From: Octopus bimaculoides
Taxonomy: Eukaryota
Assembly: GCF_001194135.2 (NCBI RefSeq)
Contig: NC_068992.1
Location: 23,919,095-23,956,032 of the forward strand
Direction: 5' to 3'
DNA length: 36,938 nt
Below, in pieces: positions 34,739-36,938 of the stretch (the stretch's first letter is position 1; each line of letters begins with the position of its first letter). The notes under the pieces were generated by a model. It did not search any database. It saw nothing but the letters and a program-made list of their open reading frames with translations, and was not told the origin of the DNA. A program made the position numbers and the translations under genes.

Positions 34739-36489
34739 ATTTTAAAATGATTGCGAGAGTTGATTTGATGGAGAGTGATAGACAGCAAGAACTGTCAGTA
34801 ATATGCCAAAATCGCTGGAATGTGGAATGTAGTTTATGGTAAGGAATGCAATTGCTACTGCAGTAATAATATCTAAAAAAAAAAAAAAACCGTAACAGCT
34901 GAACCTATAATATCGGCAATATTGACAATAACATTGACAAAAACACAATAAACATAAAGATTAGGAAAATAGTCTAGGTGTGAATAATATTACGATAAAG
35001 ATATGCTGAATATGGCGAAAGGATGTAAAAATAGATGTAACAGAGGCAAAATATAGTTGTATTAGTAACTACAGTGACAAGAGAAATGGTGGCAGCAAGA
35101 GAAACTACAGCAGCTACTTCAATAATGAGAGTAAAAGTAATAAGGACGAAAAGGAAACATTACCAGATGTGAATAAAGGTATTGATAACAATGTTTATAA
35201 CATTAGTAAAAGCAGCTGCATAAACTAGAATAGTTGCAGCTGAAATTAGAATGAGTCTACTCGCTAGAATGATACCGGTAGCAAGAGCAACAATAATAGA
35301 AAGAAAAGATAAACATTTATATAGATATATAAAGTAATCAATGCCCCTTATAATGTTTTAGTTTTATGACGTTGTATCCCGATGCGTCATATAAATGATA
35401 GTAATAAAACATATAACAACATTACTATTAAATTATTGCCAATACCCCTATTGTTATCGTTCCTTATGTGACTAGAGTTTTGCGATGCAGTTACCTTTAT
35501 TGTCACGTGGCACATTGGTGCCTGGGAGTTGTCGTGCAATGTCCTTCCCCACCTCATGAATCATCCTATGTGATTTTGTAGATTTATCGTGGAGTCTCCT
35601 TTTTTTTCTCTCTCATGCTTTCTTGTGCAAAACTGTCATTGCATTTTCTATTATCTCCTAATATGATAAGGAACGTAATGTTTTTATATATTTGTGTACA
35701 CACACACACACACACACACACATGCATGCATGCATACATACATACATACATACATACATACATACATACATGCATATATATATATATTTGTCCAGAATCA
35801 CGATTGATGCGGAGGAGGAGGGAAAATAGTAATTCAGTGAAGGAGAAGTAGTGAAAGTAGTAGCCCTGACTGAGAGGGAGTCAGAGAAAGCAATAGCAAT
35901 GACAGAAAGGAAGGGGTGATAGATGAATAAGGAAGGAAGGAAGGGAGGAAGGAAGGGGTGAAAATCTTCAGGGTTTCAACTCTGTGTGAGTATATGTGTA
36001 TAAGTGTGTGCATGTACAAGGGAAGTGTGTGAATGTTTGTATGTGTGACTATTATGTACCTTATTTTGTACCTTGTTTATATATGAAATACAACAATTAG
36101 CCATCATTTTGGATGGCATGTGGTCAGCGAGTCTATTTATAAGTACCTTCATTGTGATTATTGGTCACGAATAATAGGATCAGTCCATTAACGGTATCTG
36201 GCTAACTTCTCTCATCTCATCACTACCGTGACTGAATCTTGATATGTTAAGGGTTTTCTCATTCGAACAGAGGCGTGGACGAAACATGTCTGTACTTTCG
36301 GACGACGTCACGGAATGATGTCCGACACCACGAAATTAAACATATTCAGCATCGTTCTATGGAACTTCACGTCAGAGAGAGGAAACAAGATTACCTCGAT
36401 ATGTATTTATTGGAGCAGGCGTAACTGTGTCGTAAGAAACTTGTTTTCCAACCAACTGGTTTCGGATTCAATCTCACTGCGTGGCAATT

Positions 36490-36572
36490 TGGACAAGTGT
36501 CTTCTATAGTCTTGGGCTGACCAAAGCCTTGTGAGTGTATTAGTCAAACTGAAACTGAAAGAAGCCCGTCGT
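36490..36572 (+). mobile_element. SINE family B fragment
   Basis: gacaagtgtcttctatagtcttgggctgaccaaagccttgtgagtg...gaaactgaaagaagcccgtcg followed by (TA)n. Confidence 0.85.
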
Positions 36573-36637
36573 ATATATATATATATATATATGAAAGAAA
36601 GTTTGAAAATGCACTTATTTTTAAAAAATATTTATTT

Positions 36638-36680
36638 ACTTAACCGGTTTCACTTTTTTAGAAAAAGATTATCAAAAGTC
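36638..36680 (-). ncRNA. Decayed minimal hammerhead ribozyme motif
   Basis: rc: ACTT-TTGATAA-T-CTTTTT-CTA-AAAAAG-T-GAAA-CCGGT-T-AAGT. All three stems are present; the core has two transitions. Confidence 0.55.
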
Positions 36681-36938
36681 TTTGAGAATAATAAAAAATG
36701 TTAAAAAACAGTCTGAGTATTAAAATGCATATATACATTCTTTGATGATAAAATATATTTAAAGTATAAAGCTTTGTATGAACTTTGTAGTGTTACATAC
36801 TGATTGTCATATTAAGGTGAAATTGTTAAAAATAGTGTTAAAAACAGTGTATGAAAATACACATATGGAAAAATACATATACATATACATATTCTCATAC
36901 ATATTCTTTGACAATCGAATAAAATTGAGAAGGAACTG

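Noticed and set aside
161-36019. Long ORFs in the six-frame track (YI/CV/HT repeats, poly-E 25601-25885, poly-D 26756-26986, X-filled ORFs)
   Set aside because: They are translations of microsatellites or of N gaps, with no coding complexity.
36261-36293. GAAACATGTC-TGT, the same 3' half as the 22283 hammerhead
   Set aside because: No CTGANGA upstream; it would require assuming a deletion.
1-36938. CRISPR array, rRNA or prokaryotic operon
   Set aside because: No regularly spaced repeat-spacer structure, no rRNA-like segment and no gene-dense coding region.

Overview
AT-rich eukaryotic DNA dense in microsatellites and interrupted by 14 N-gaps, almost all flanked by simple repeats. I found no host protein-coding exon, rRNA, credible tRNA gene or CRISPR array, so the window looks intronic or intergenic. 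Nearly all ORFs in the track are artefacts of microsatellites or Ns. The SINE sequences resemble ones I associate with octopus genomes; this is recall-based inference, not a database result. The window contains about 15 copies of tRNA-derived SINEs in four families, three decayed Tc1/mariner transposase relics (one a ~0.9 kb element built from two 5' ends) and two foldback or MITE-like elements. The most notable content is ten minimal type-I hammerhead-ribozyme-like motifs (CUGANGA, stem II, GAAA, palindromic stem III, NUH) in six unrelated repeat contexts, a design typical of Penelope-like retroelements. One motif sits in the loop of a ~134 bp-armed inverted repeat (22129-22459), one forms the tail of a tRNA-headed SINE (16986-17280), one has an intact core (33462-33495), and one family carries U instead of the invariant A6. 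Ribozyme activity is untested and all folds were done by eye.
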